This document shows positions 1 to 12,083 of a stretch of DNA of 64,000 nucleotides, one piece after another. A program made the translations under genes and the position numbers. The stretch's first letter is position 1. Every line of letters begins with the position of its first letter. The notes under the pieces were generated by a model that saw only the letters and a list, made by a program, of their open reading frames with translations, had not been told where the DNA came from and made no database searches. Origin of the DNA: Macrostomum lignano (Eukaryota); NCBI GenBank assembly GCA_002269645.1, contig NIVC01000527.1, forward strand, positions 1 to 64,000. The letters are read 5' to 3'.

Positions 1-2
1 GA

Positions 3-577
3 CAGGATCTGACCTCGTCAACAACGCCCTCTGTGCCATCGTTGAACTCGTCTTCGTCCGGTTCGATGATGGCCCGCAAGGCCAGCAATCTGGTGTCGCT
101 GGTGAAGCCGTCCAACCCGGTGCCGGAGGTGCAGCCGGAGAAACGGCCGACACTGAACGATCCGACAGTGAAAGACCTGCTGGTGTGCGGCAACTGCAAG
201 GAGCTGCTGCCCAGCCTGGAGAAGCTGAGCGCGCACAAGCAGGCCGGCTGTCGGCTGCGCCTGGTGTGCCGCTGTCTGCAGACTGGCGAGCCAGTTAGCA
301 TGGACTGCAGCTACTGCGGTGCCGGCTTCGCCTCCGCCTGGGAGCTGCTGGTGCACTGTCGCGATGAGCACGATCTGTTGCTGTTCGGCTCGCCGAGTAC
401 CGCTTCTTCTGCCGCTGCTCCTCCTGTTGCTGCTGCTGTGCTGCTTCAACTGGCGGTTCGGGCAGCGCAGCCGCTTCGTCCGCTGCGGCTTTGGCGCCGT
501 CTGTGAACTCGACGACTGTTGTAGCTGCTGCTGCGGTCTCTGGCAATGCCGCCAAATCCGAAACCAATGGCCAGTAG
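3..577 (+). CDS. BCL11: BCL11-like zinc-finger protein (CCHC ZnF0 + C2H2), apparently frameshifted at ~438-440; may begin upstream of the window or at ATG 66
   Basis: The frame is open from position 3. DLLVCGNCKELLPSLEKLSAHKQAGC resembles BCL11 DLLTCGQC..HK..C, and CSYCGAGFASAWELLVHCRDEHDLLLF resembles C..C...F.SAWFLLQH....HGL.IY. After GCT GCT GCT GT GCT GCT a second frame gives an Ala/Ser-rich tail ending at TAG 575-577. Confidence 0.75.
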
Positions 578-2051
578 CTGGCCTGGCCCACGTACAGTTC
601 TGAGTTGAGCATTGAGTTATGCCTCCGAATTGGTTTGTACAAGTATGATGCCTATTTGTTTTCTGTCGTCACCTTTTATTTTATTAATAAGCAGCTAAAA
701 TACTTATCTATATAAATAAGTTACAGGCCTCGTTTGATTGCACGAATCCTACGTGTATGCTATTGATACTACTTAAGAATTCGAAAATTTAAGTAGCAAT
801 ATGCGAGCGCAAAGTTGTGCAAAATTATCTTGCTTATTACATTATTCTTTGTAGTCGTATTTGTATAGGAAAGTTCGCGGAAATGCAGCACTTGAAATTA
901 AATATAATCTACTTACAGTAGCAAGCCTGCGCATTGTTGCGATCTGCACTGCTGTGTACCGGTTTGTTCATAAAAATTAACTCTCTATCCCATCATGCTA
1001 ACCAAATACATTCTTCAATGTGGAAAGTCAAATTTCTAGCTCCTGTGCATTAACTACTACTATTACTACAATTATTAGCATATTTTTATTTTCGGAATTG
1101 TCTCTGATCAACTGATTACGGTGTGCAAATTTTACTTAAGAGGCACACGTTTTGTTTTCAATTTTTTCTTCTTTTATTATATACTCGAAGTACGGATTTG
1201 GATTAGCAGGGCTTTCAGTCTCTCACTACCTCAGGTTGGCAGCTGTTAATTGCCTTTATCGATTCGACCTTTATTGATCTTGCCAATTTCATTGGCTTTT
1301 TACTACGCGCCGTCTTCTGAACACTGAAGTTCGATTTGCTCTGCTCAACCGCCAAGTTTACCTGTTTTACTGGCCTCCTTTCGTCCGGTTCCTGGCCGTT
1401 TCTTATTCGAGTCTCGAATCGTTCGATTCGATCTTGATTGTCAATCCAGCGAGCTCTAGGCCGAACTATAACTGCGGCTGCTCATTCAATTGCAAGACAT
1501 TACTGATTGTGTTTCATTTATGCTTTCCCGCGCGTTTTAAATTGATAGATTGCAAGCATTTAGACACTGTATTTATTCGCTATAATTAATAATTCAGCAC
1601 AGCTAGCGGACGGGCCGGCGCAGAAGCTGTCAAGGTGTCAGTAGAGCCTGCAATGCGCGGACTGCATTGCTGATCAATCAAGTCAGTCAGTCGGCTGTCT
1701 TCGTTTTTTGCGCGATTTTTTCAGTAGATAAATGTTTTTTTAGTCTGAAAACTATTGATGGATATGTACTTTTACCTGCTCATATCAGTACTTCAATAGT
1801 AGGTTTGCTTCTCACATCTAATGACATTATGATCAAAAGATGATAAGTTCTTTTAGATTGCTTACTGACTGTCATATAGATGGCATGAATATACTGTATA
1901 TTTTCCTATTAAAATCTTGTTAAGTGTGCATCACATTCAACCTTATTTAATCAGGTCGTCTTCCTTCGGCATACAGATTTATGCAAAACCAGCTGTCACA
2001 TTGGGTAGCATTTATTGCACCTCCGCCTCAGATGTACAGAGAATCGTAATT

Positions 2052-2757
2052 GAAGTTCCACATGCCAGGCCAGTAGTAGCCTCTCTTGTCAGCGTTCCTG
2101 AAGTTCCACATGCCAGGCCAGTAGTAGCCTCTCTTGTCAGCGTTCCTGAAGTTCCACATGCCAGGCCAGTAGTAGCCTCTCTTGTCAGCGTTCCTGAATT
2201 CCACATGCCAGGCCAGTAGTAGCCTCTCTTGTCAGCGTTCCTGAATTCCACATGCCAGGCCAGTAGTAGCCTCTCTTGTCAGCGTTCCTGAAGTTCACAT
2301 GCCAGGCCAGTAGTAGCCTCTCTTGTCAGCGTTCCTGAATTTCCACATGCCAGGCCAGTAGTAGCCTCTCTTGTCAGCGTTCCTGAAGTTCACATGCCAG
2401 GCCAGTAGTAGCCTCTCTTGTCAGCGTTCCTGAAGTTCCACATGCCAGGCCAGTAGTAGCCTCTCTTGTCAGCGTTCCTGAAGTTCCACATGCCAGGCCA
2501 GTAGTAGCCTCTCTTGTCAGCGTTCCTGAAGTTCCACATGCCAGGCCAGTAGTAGCCTCTCTTGTCAGCGTTCCTGAAGTTCCACATGCCAGGCCAGTAG
2601 TAGCCTCTCTTGTCAGCGTTCCTGAATTCCACATGCCAGGCCAGTAGTAGCCTCTCTTGTCAGCGTTCCTGAAGTTCAACATGCCAGGCCAGTAGTAGCC
2701 TCTCTTGTCAGCGTTCCTGAAGTTCCACATGCCAGGCCAGTAGTAGCCTCTCTTGTC
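2052..2757. repeat. 48-bp tandem minisatellite, ~14.5 copies
   Basis: Unit gttccacatgccaggccagtagtagcctctcttgtcagcgttcctgaa, with 1-bp indels between copies. Confidence 0.95.
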
Positions 2758-4338
2758 CTCATTGAATAGTCCGTGAGTGCCATTTGTCACTAGCATCAAA
2801 ACCAGGATGGCAAAGCTGACACTGATTAGCCTGTAGCACGAGGTAGATTTTGTTTTTTCGTTTAAATAGTCTGAAATGCAGATTTCTGCTCGAAGTTTGC
2901 AATTGATAACTTATAGGCTTAGTTGCTTTTACTTCGGCTGCGCTGATCTAAGCAACTTATTGATGGCTGTTCCTTGCAGTCATTGCATGACAAGGTATGC
3001 CTCTATCGACTCATAGCGAATTGGCTAATCTTATTCGTACAGTTAAGTGTACTTTCCAACTGAACTGGCTCTCGTACAAGCAGCTTTTCGGTTCTTTGAC
3101 ATAATTTTCAGCTTTCAAAACGATCAATTGCAATTGCAATTTGTTGCAAGTCTTTTTAAATAAAACTACCCGAGTAAATCGCCAGCAAGATGTGATTTGT
3201 AAAATCCACATTGTACGACTTACACGCCTGGTTGCGCCATAGCTGTTGGGCCTTGCTTGGTTGAAATCAACAACAATAAATTAAACAGCTGGTGTCGTTC
3301 CGTATCTTGGGTTTGCTTTCTTAGTTTCTGCTAGCTTATTTTAAGCAGCTGGTATAGGTCCTTAACCAATCTCCGAACACCTTGAGCAGTCTCCTGCACA
3401 ACTTGCCAGTTCGGGTATAGGAGTGCTCCCAACCAATGCGAAATTCTGCTGCCGGCAATGCAGAACTAATTGACCTGAATGGAATCGATATAGTTTTAAC
3501 CAGTTTGCGTTAGCTGCAAAGAAGATACGAGCTAAATTATTCAGGTAATTCGACACCGATAATCCGTCTTATGTTCTTTATGCTGGGTGTAACTTATAGG
3601 ACCGGCATCTGTCTGTTTCAATTGGACTTCCAGTCCTCCACATACCAGATCAAAGACATTGACTCAGTCACGGTCTCGTAGATAAAGATTATTGGATTTC
3701 GGTCACAATAAGAAGGGTTCGACGGACTGCAGGATATAGAACTCGTAGGAGCCATCTTTTTGAAAATCTTGGGCAGACACTTTCCTACGGTATTCATGGG
3801 TGATTCTGCTAGTTCTTCGACATAAGCCATGTTTCCCCGAGTGTAGCCCATGAACATGGCTAAGCAAGATTTCTAGAGGTGTTTCTTAAAGACTTAAAAG
3901 ATCGTGTGCTCAAACTTGTTAGATAATCCCAAGTTTTTTGTGCGAGCTCGTAATAAATGTACTCGTACGAGTATTTGCGGCGACTTTAATCTTTGATGAT
4001 TTCGGAAATACGAGTATCTTGCTGAGTCTAACAGATGCTTGTTCCAATTCTAACTTGCGACTTACATTTGCCATTCACCAGACTTTACCGGATCCTGCTC
4101 ATGCTACATCATTGATGCAGCAACACGACCTGATCAGATGAATTCAATCCATCCCAATTATTTACACTAAACTCAGTCAGAGTTGGCGAGTATTGCGCAG
4201 TGTACCTGCCGGTTTTCTGTTAACTTTGACAGCCAGCATGACAGATTGAGGCAGACGTCTTATCGAAATTCAATAAAAATGTCATGCTTGTATGCTCCGA
4301 TAAATCAAACAAACAAATTTATCAGCCTCCTCAGGCCA

Positions 4339-4787
4339 CAGATACTAAAATAACTAGATGAGCCGCTCAGGCATATATACTCAGTAAAACAGTTTTTTAC
4401 ATGTACTTTTAGTTCAGTAGCAAAGAAGATTAAATTTCAGTATAAAAATAAAGGCGGCTGAAATGACTTTGATAAGTTTAAAAGCCAAGCTTGCAGGCGT
4501 AAACAACTTGCTCATTGGTTCAACAATAATGTACATTAGCCAGTCCACTGAAATGTACATTGCAGCTTTAGGTTGGAATTCCGAGAAAGGCCATAAAAAT
4601 TGGGGCCGGCGGGGCGGTGGGTAGTGTGGAAAGGCGCGGTTGGGGGGTTTTGGCTGAGGGGCAAGAGCCAATAAAAGAGCATTGGCTTTAAAAATACATT
4701 AAAATGATTCTGTTTAACTTGCTACTGAACTGAAAGTAGTTTACACGCAAATGTGCTGAGTGGCCCATCTAGTTATTCTAGTATCTG
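4339..4787. mobile_element. MITE-like element with imperfect terminal inverted repeats, copy 1
   Basis: Left end cagatactaaaataactagatgagccgctcagg matches the reverse complement of the right end (...ctgagtggcccatctagttattctagtatctg). A diverged full-length copy lies at 56714-57156. No clear TSD. Confidence 0.8.
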
Positions 4788-5366
4788 CACGTGCCTCTGT
4801 CTGACTGGCTACTTCATGTTAATTACGCCTACGCGTAAAATTAAGTTCAAATATGTACTGTTCTTACTCTTGATTGAGACACAAATATCATCTCCCACAC
4901 TACACTATCGAGTGCGGATCATCTCCAAATGGAAATATTAGGCTTAGTTGATTATTAAAAACTGAGCAAACTCACTGTAGAAGTGTCTAGAAAGTGAACC
5001 AGAAACTGCCGCTCCAGTTTTCAGTCGGTCGAGTCTCAGTAAGACTCACATTTTGCGCTTGTTTTGACATACAAAAAGGAATTCAGAAATCCTGATTTGC
5101 TTCCTCTGTTTGTCCGCAAACTCGACTGCGCTTCTGTAATCAGAGATGACTAAACATGGAACAAAAACGCGCGATGTAGATCCAGAATAAAGATAAAGGT
5201 TGATATCAAATTTACAGCTCAAGTTACGCATACCCCCTATATTTTCTCAAAGAGTTTGAGAAACAAAAGCTCGTTAATTAATCCCTCAATGCAGGAAGTT
5301 AAGAAACAGGTAGTCGGTTAATATGCATACTTCATCTTTTCAGTCAAGCTCTATAACAAGCGGTTA

Positions 5367-5660
5367 GAGGTTTTATCCTAGTGGTCAGAGCGTCAGACTC
5401 ACGACTGGAAGGTCGGGGGTTCGATTTCCGATCCCACTCGGAACATTTATGTCCTTGAGCAAGACACTTACATGTAACTCTGCATTGCTTCAGTTCACCC
5501 AGCTGTAAAATGGGTGCCAGCATTAGCTGGGGTAATTGAGGCTGTGTGTGGCGACCCCCCAGTCCTTGGACTGAACAGCCGTACGCAGCCTTCAGATGCG
5601 CCGCGCAATAGCTGCGGCTGAGCTGTCGGTTGCACATCTGAGGTTAGATATATTAGATAA
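5367..5660 (+). mobile_element. tRNA-derived SINE with CORE-like central domain
   Basis: A-box-like tagtggtcagagcg (~5379-5392) and B-box-like ggttcgatttcc (~5418-5429), followed by gtccttgagcaagacactta...tgcttcagttcacccagctgtaaaatgggt, which resembles the CORE domain (ccttgggcaag..acttaa....tcagtttcctcatctgtaaaatggg). The 3' boundary is uncertain. Confidence 0.7.
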
Positions 5661-6834
5661 CGAAATCTAATTAGCGGAATCAGATTGCACAGTCCCTACC
5701 TACCGACTGGTCCGTACGCAGTTTCATAATCCTTTGATATAATACTGGCCCGCTGAATACTACTGAATATTTCTGCTGACTATAAATAATCAGGCAGCCA
5801 GGCATTGTCCCTAGGAAAAACAGTATTGAAATAATCGATAAATGAAGCACAGATTGAGAAATTCATATCTAGACAGGCTTACGAAAAAAAGTATTTTGTA
5901 CCGAGAGAAAGTTTTTATTGCATTCGATCTGTCAGGCTCTTTGATCGAGTAGTACTTGGCTGGGTATCAACTTCCTTCGAACTGCTCGCAAGGCTTCGCC
6001 TCTCTGTAAATCTGCATTGAAATTTGTTGATATTAAAATATTGGTGATTATTCAAGTTAAGCACGGAGCTGCAGGATAATTGGGGAGAAATATATGAGCA
6101 CAGAGATGAGCTCATAGCAGAATATGAATATAATTACAAGTACATACAAAAATGCCTAGATAACAGCTGAGTATGACATCATGTAAGCAGGTGCTAATAG
6201 ACAAAATGGACCAATTTTTATAGAGTTAACTGTGCAGGTGGGGCCTGTGCAGTTAAGATTCACAAACGGATAAAGAATAAACAACTTGATCTTTTTATAT
6301 CAGCAGAAAAAACTAAATAGCGACAGACGGACAGACAACAGACGATCAAGACCCTGCATTGTCTAAACTGTGAACAACACCATCTACAGTGTATATAAAT
6401 ATGAATTAATAGTTCAACTACTAGCTATATTATCACTACAGCAGCTTGTGCAACTCTCAGATGCGTGCAATAAAACAATTTATATATCAGTATTGATAAT
6501 GCAGGATAGCAAAGCTTTGTCAATAAGACAATAAGTCATGTTTCTTATTTTTTAATGCAGAAATTTATTGAATAATTACACGAGGACTATAACAAAGCCG
6601 CGAAAGCAGATTTCTTCAATTAATGGCTGCGATGATTTAGGATACTAGATCTCCGGGACACAGTGATAGACAGAGCAGAAGAGAAACTCTAACTTGTATC
6701 TGTATTTATATTGGATACACAAAAGTGACTCATATATAAGAAGTAAGAACAATAAGATTAAAAAAGTGTTTTTTTGTCGAAATAACTCTCCGCAAAGTTC
6801 CGCGCTCTTTTTTAATTTTGATTGACAGCTCAGC

Positions 6835-7278
6835 TCACCCGCCGCAGCCGCCGCAGCCGCCGCAACCGCCGCCACAGCCGCCGCCGCAGCCGCCACAACC
6901 GCCGCAGCCGCCACAACCGCCGCAGCCTCCGCAGCCGCCGCAACCGCCAGCGTCTCCTCCGTCGCCCCCGTCGCCGCCAGCGTCGCCTCCGTCGCCGACA
7001 GCGCCGCCAACGCAACCGCCGCAGGAGCCGCTGTTGATGACGCACTTGTAATAAGCATTCGATGGCACCCAGGTGTCGTAGAGAAACCCGGCCGCCAGGC
7101 ACATCGCGAAGCTGTCGGATTCCACCCTCTTGACGCGCTTGTCCCCGCGATTCTGCAGCGATCTGGCGCTCGGCTTCGGCACCCCGACTACACGGGCCTG
7201 GTCCGTCGCGCCGAATGGTGGCGGCGCCTCCGCCGGCACCGGGGCGTTGCTGTCCACCGGGTTCTGGCGCTCGCGCAC
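6835..7278 (-). CDS. GRDP: GRDP-like (DUF1399) gene, exon 4 (last), ending in a Gly/Cys GGC-repeat tail
   Basis: Acceptor catcag|GTG at 7278, phase 0. Encodes VRERQN...KCVINSGSCGGC...GGCGGCGG then TGA. AATAAA on the minus strand at ~6563-6568. Confidence 0.85.
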   Translation of the reverse strand: MRERQNPVDSNAPVPAEAPPPFGATDQARVVGVPKPSARSLQNRGDKRVKRVESDSFAMCLAAGFLYDTWVPSNAYYKCVINSGSCGGCVGGAVGDGGDAGGDGGDGGDAGGCGGCGGCGGCGGCGGCGGCGGGCGGGCGGCGGCGG

Positions 7279-7809
7279 CTGATGTGAGTTCCATTGAATT
7301 GTGAATTCAAACTGCTGTTCATGCTAATCTTACTACTGGTCAGTAGTCAGAAGCCACTAGCATTCCTACACCGCAGGAACATTTTTTGATTTCATAGAAA
7401 CTTTTCATATTTGAGTAGTCGCTCAGTCTTGATGAGATTCATCATTTTGGTGTTCCAGCTTTTTTACGAGTACCAGAGACAGGTCTGTGTGCACCCTGGC
7501 GCACTTTAAGAGACATTATCACACAACCGGAGAGAGGCATTACTGCCCATTCCGCCGACTCCCCTGAGCAGGCACACACACACAGGAGTGTACAGCGGCC
7601 CTAACTTTATTTATCGTTGGGCATGTACATGTCACTGAGCCTTGGGGTTGGCCCTCAAAGTCGTTAATTGCACGAGCAGAGCCAAGCCGAGATTCCAATT
7701 TAGCCCCAAATTAATGTGGACTGCACTTGGAATCGAGCCTGGGCCGCTGGCACATCAGAGCGCCTTGGGGTGGTCCCGGTTTGGTTCAACACCGCAGCCT
7801 GCGGCTCAC

Positions 7810-8229
7810 CGTTCTCGGCTGGCACAGAACCTCCAGCGTGGCCGCGCAGAAGGCGGCACAGACCAGCTGGCCGACGTCCTTGCAGCTGGCCGATACGGAC
7901 ACGACGCCGGACTTCAAGTCCACCGACATGTCGCGCACAGTGATCTTCATGTGGCCGAGGTCGTCCGGCAGGTTGCGCTGCTCCATGGCCGGCAGAGCCC
8001 CGGATTTTCCGCGGGCGCGCAGGCCATTGAAGCGCAGCTGCAGGCAGCCCGGACTGCCCGGCTGGCCGGGGACGCCACGCGAGACGCCCTTGACGCCTGG
8101 CTTGCCCGGGACGCCTTTGCGGAAGCCGATCCAGGTGCCCTGCACTACGCCCCAGTCTCCCAGGTGGTCCTTGACCAGGAAGGCTCGCTGCATGCGGGCA
8201 ACGTCGAGCGCGATGCACTGTTTAGACAC
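7810..8229 (-). CDS. GRDP: GRDP-like gene, exon 3
   Basis: Acceptor ctgcag|GTG at 8229 and donor ACG|gtgagc at 7810, both phase 0. Encodes VSKQCIAL...DWGVVQGTWIGFRKGVPGKPG...LCQPRT. Confidence 0.85.
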
Positions 8230-8329
8230 CTGCAGCAGGCGGGGGTCAGTTGTGCTGATTCAAGTGCAACTTTAGCTTTTAAACGCATGCTGATGAGCTT
8301 TGTGTCAAGAAGAAAAAGTCTTTTTTTGT

Positions 8330-8885
8330 GAGGCTTATCATTGTGAAATCTGTGGTTTGTGAGGCTTGGCATTGTGAAATCTCGGGTTTGTGAGGCTTAT
8401 CATTGTGAAATCTGTGGTTTGTGAGGCTTGGCATTGTGAAATATGGGGTTTGTGAGGCTTGGCATTGTGAAATCTGTGGTTTGTGAGGCTTGGCATTGTG
8501 AAATATGGGGTTTGTGAGGCTTGGCATTGTGAAATCTCGGGTTTGTGAGGCTTATCATTGTGAAATCTGTGGTTTGTGAGGCTTGGCATTGTGAAATATG
8601 GGGTTTGTGAGGCTTGGCATTGTGAAATATGGGGTTTGTGAGGCTTGGCATTGTGAAATCTCGGGTTTGTGAGGCTTGACATTGGGATATATGGGGTTTG
8701 TGAGGCTTGTCATTGTGAAATCTGTGATTTTTGAGGCTTGGTATTGTGAAATATGGGGTTTGTGATCCCTGGCATTGTGAAAGCTAGGGTTTATGAGGCT
8801 TGGCATTGTGAAAGCTGGGGTTTGTAAGGCTTGGCATTGTGAAAGCTAGGTGAAATCAGTGGTTTGTGAAGCTTGGCATTGTTTA
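8330..8885. repeat. 31-bp tandem minisatellite in GRDP intron 2
   Basis: Unit gtgaggcttggcattgtgaaat(a/c)t(g/c)(g/t)ggttt, ~17 copies, degenerating toward 8885. Confidence 0.95.
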
Positions 8886-8940
8886 GGGTGCAAAAAGCCT
8901 TGCAGTGAAAGTAGCACATGTACTGCTGAAGTTGTCGCAC

Positions 8941-9742
8941 CTGGCTAACCAGAGGCAGCTGATCAGTGCCAACCAGGTGTCCAACAGCGATCATCTGGTC
9001 GGCGTAGAACACCTGCACCACCGACATGGTCAGGCGGGTGGAGTGGATTATGCGCACTGTGAAGGCCAGCTGGTTCATGTGGTTGATGAGGCGGTGCGTG
9101 GCCACCAGACACTGGTTCTCCTGGCCAGCCGGCAGGCGGCCCAGCGGCACGGGGCCCCAGAGGCTCTCAACGTACTCGGGAATGACGGCGACCAGATAGC
9201 TGCCCGGCTCCAGCTTGAGGAGGCAGGAGTGCCGCTCCGGCGGTGAGCAGGTGAGCGACAGCCGGACCTTGGCCCACACCGGATCTTCGGGCCCCGCGGC
9301 GGCCGCTGGTCGCCGATAGTCGGTCAGGCGGAGCTCCTCTTCGATGGCGATGGGCTCAACCGAGTAGTGCTGCTCGAGGCGCTCCAGCATGGGCAGCTGG
9401 ACGCTGCACATCACGTCGCTGTTGCAGCAGCCGAAAACGCCGCGCCTGTCGACAAGGTCGACTTTGAGAAACCGATGGTGCCCGGTGACGAAGTCCTGCA
9501 CGGCCAGCGGGCGTTCGCGTCTCTCGGCCACGGTATTCGGGTTGGACATCTTGAACAGCCGCTCCGCGCCGCCGAACACGTTGTAGCTCTCGATGACCAC
9601 CTTGTAGCGGTTGAGCTCCGGTGGCAGCGTCAGCTCGACCAGGTTCAGCGAGATCCGGCTCCGCTTGGATGACAGCATGTACAGCGACTCCTGCGGCAGC
9701 TGCTGCAGTTTGCCGCGCGGCGGGTCGCCTCGGAACATGCAC
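8941..9742 (-). CDS. GRDP: GRDP-like gene, exon 2
   Basis: Acceptor aaacag|G at 9742 completes the split Gly codon, giving G-C-MFRGDPP (like the GRDP G.MYRG.P motif). Donor CAG|gtgcga at 8941 is phase 0 and matches exon 3. Confidence 0.85.
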
Positions 9743-11014
9743 CTGTTTGAATTGGCGGGGGGATATTTTGTATACCTACTAATCAGTAGTTTGTGCGCGT
9801 TTTTTGCAAACTATTTTCTTTACTGCAAATGGAAAAAGATTCGCTAGCCGAACCTGTGAAGTCTGCAAACGGGAAAATCTAAATTTAGCGTAAAGTTTTA
9901 AACCTAGAATCTGGAGTGGAAGCTCCCATTGAAACCATGAAGTTTTAAACCTAGAATCTGGAGTGGAATCAGACGTCGAATCTATGAAAAAGTAATTTCC
10001 TCTCTAGATTACTACAGTTCTAGGAGCGTCATGGCTGATCCAAGGGGGGTCTCTTCTTCCATTTTTGTGTTGCACTTTTAGCACAAATTTCCTCTTTTTT
10101 CTTCCCGAACCCGAACCTCGCCCGGCAGGGGTCAGGGTGGGTGGTTAGTGCCATAGCGGAAATTCCTGCCCTCAGGGAAGGAGAGGATATTTATCCCACC
10201 TTAAGCGTAGGTATGCAGTCTGCACTTGCTGCGAATTTCGATCTCTTTCAATCAAACCGCTGGCACACAAACTGTCTCTCATTGCCCGCTGTTCTTCTGC
10301 TTTTTCTGGCTCAGCTCTCTCCCCCTCCCACCTGCTTCAAGAAGAAGAAAATTGAAAGTTCATCGCAAAAAAACAAACGGAGACGCGATCGGCTTCACAA
10401 GTACAACTAGGCTGTGGAGACAGTGGAGATTGCAGGGCTGAGATAAGCACACTGACTAGACTGGGATGATAGATGGACTGAGACTGAGAGATTGAGGGAG
10501 ACTGAATGAATGAAGCTGCTTGTCTGATTACAAAATTTATGCGGCATCATATTCTCCAGCAGCCCGAGAGAGAGAGAGAGTGCTTCTGATTATCATTATC
10601 CGCGGTCGCCACGGCTCCAATTTTCTGCAGCCTCCTCACTCTCTGTCTCTCCTATGGCTCTCGATCCACCCCCACCCGGATCCTGTGGGCGTTTCTTGAG
10701 AACTGCTTTGCGAAGAATTGGCGCGAGCAACTCAGCTTAGAGAAGGGAAGAGAGAGAGAGCGAGAGACAGAGGATCGATAAATCCCGCTTCCCTCCCGTC
10801 TGACTCCCCGTTCCCTCTTCCCCCCTCACTCGCCCCGGATTCCAGCTTCTCTGCCCCATCTAAAGCAGGCTCGACTCTTTCTTCTACCTCATCTAAATGC
10901 TTTCTCTCTCAACGCTGCCTTCATTTTTTCCTACTCATTTTACTTCCCTTAGGCGAGAGCAACCAGAGAAGGCTGCTTGCTGCTGGAGCTTGGGGAGAGA
11001 ATGAAATAGAAAAG

Positions 11015-11019
<5 letters not shown>

Positions 11020-11056
<37 letters not shown>
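11020..11056. repeat. (GA)n microsatellite
   Basis: Run of ga dinucleotides. Confidence 0.9.
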
Positions 11057-11058
<2 letters not shown>

Positions 11059-11727
11059 GGACAAGAGATTGCACTCTTATCCGCTAAGGCACGGTTCATT
11101 TCTAGGTCGCCCCCCGCACGCCTCTGTCAGCACGCATCGGATCTGTCTAGTTCAGGCCTGCAGCAGTGCAGACAGGCACCGATAAAGCGTCTGTAGTTGC
11201 GACGCGCTTGGTTTCCCATTAGCATGCCGAGGACGACGTAAAAAAGGCCGCCAGAGGGAAACGGGAGAGAAGGTATATACGGACGGCATATGGCCGACAG
11301 AGGCCTCAGGGCGTTCGTTGCTCCCTCCTACCCCTCTCAGTTACTCCCCGCCGCCCTGTTGGACACTTGCAGCTGAAATCTCCCTTTTTCAGTTTTCTTT
11401 CCCTTCCAAATTTTCCCCGGACAACCGATTGCAGTTCATGGGAATCTCGTGGGACCGGACGATCGCCATTAATTTATGGCGATCCAGTGCGTGCAGCAGA
11501 CTTACAGCAATGCGTACACTCGCCGTCTAGCTCTCTACATGCGGTTCGGAAAATCTCTAACTCTCTCTAAAATGTGCTTAAATTTATGGAAGAATAGTGC
11601 CTGATCATAATGAACTATCGTGTATATCTCCTTTTCATTCAAGTGCAACCGGTTGAGACAAAATACGAGCGCGATATTAAGAGTTCCTTTGCTGTGCCAT
11701 CGATATTTGCAGCTTGCAACCGTAAAT

Positions 11728-11990
11728 CTAGCACTGGACACCCTCTACACTCCATTTATCGATCGCTCTCTGTGCACCCCAGTCCACTGCTACCCTCACC
11801 TAGCACTGGACCACCCACTCCGCTCTATTTATCGATCGCTCTCTGTGCACCCCAGTCCACTGCTACCCTCACCTAGAACTGGACCACCCACTCCGCTCTA
11901 TTTATCGATCGCTCTCTGTGCACCCCAGTCCACTGCTACCCTCAACTAGCACTAAACACCACCCCACTTCATTTATCGATCGCTCTCTCT
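11728..11990. repeat. ~73-bp tandem repeat, ~3.6 copies, in GRDP intron 1
   Basis: ctag(c/a)act.. recurs at 11728, 11800, 11873 and 11946 with shared atttatcgatcgctctctgtgcaccccagtccactgctaccctca. Confidence 0.9.
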
Positions 11991-12083
11991 TCCAACAGTC
12001 CCTACAGACCAATTCTAAGTACAATACGAGCGTATTAACAGCCCCAATGTATTTATCGTCAAATAGGCCCCCTCTTCGCTCAC

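Noticed and set aside
18-642. Minus-strand ORFs 18-449 and 295-642
   Set aside because: Antisense to the zinc-finger exon; low complexity.
1917-2799. EVPHARPVVASLVSVP and RNADKRGYYWPGMWNF repeat ORFs
   Set aside because: The 48-bp unit is a multiple of three, but 1-bp indels repeatedly break the frames, so there is no sign of coding constraint.
5367-5440. Possible intact tRNA gene
   Set aside because: The acceptor and anticodon stems pair poorly, there is no poly-T terminator, and the sequence runs into a SINE-type CORE-like domain.
6645-7294. Pro-rich, Arg-rich and Ala-rich ORFs overlapping 6818-7058
   Set aside because: Alternative frames and the antisense of the GGC-repeat tail of the GRDP-like exon, which has phase-consistent splicing.
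9893-9968. Two 29-bp direct repeats with an 18-bp spacer
   Set aside because: Only two copies, inside an intron; a local duplication, not a CRISPR array or LTR pair.
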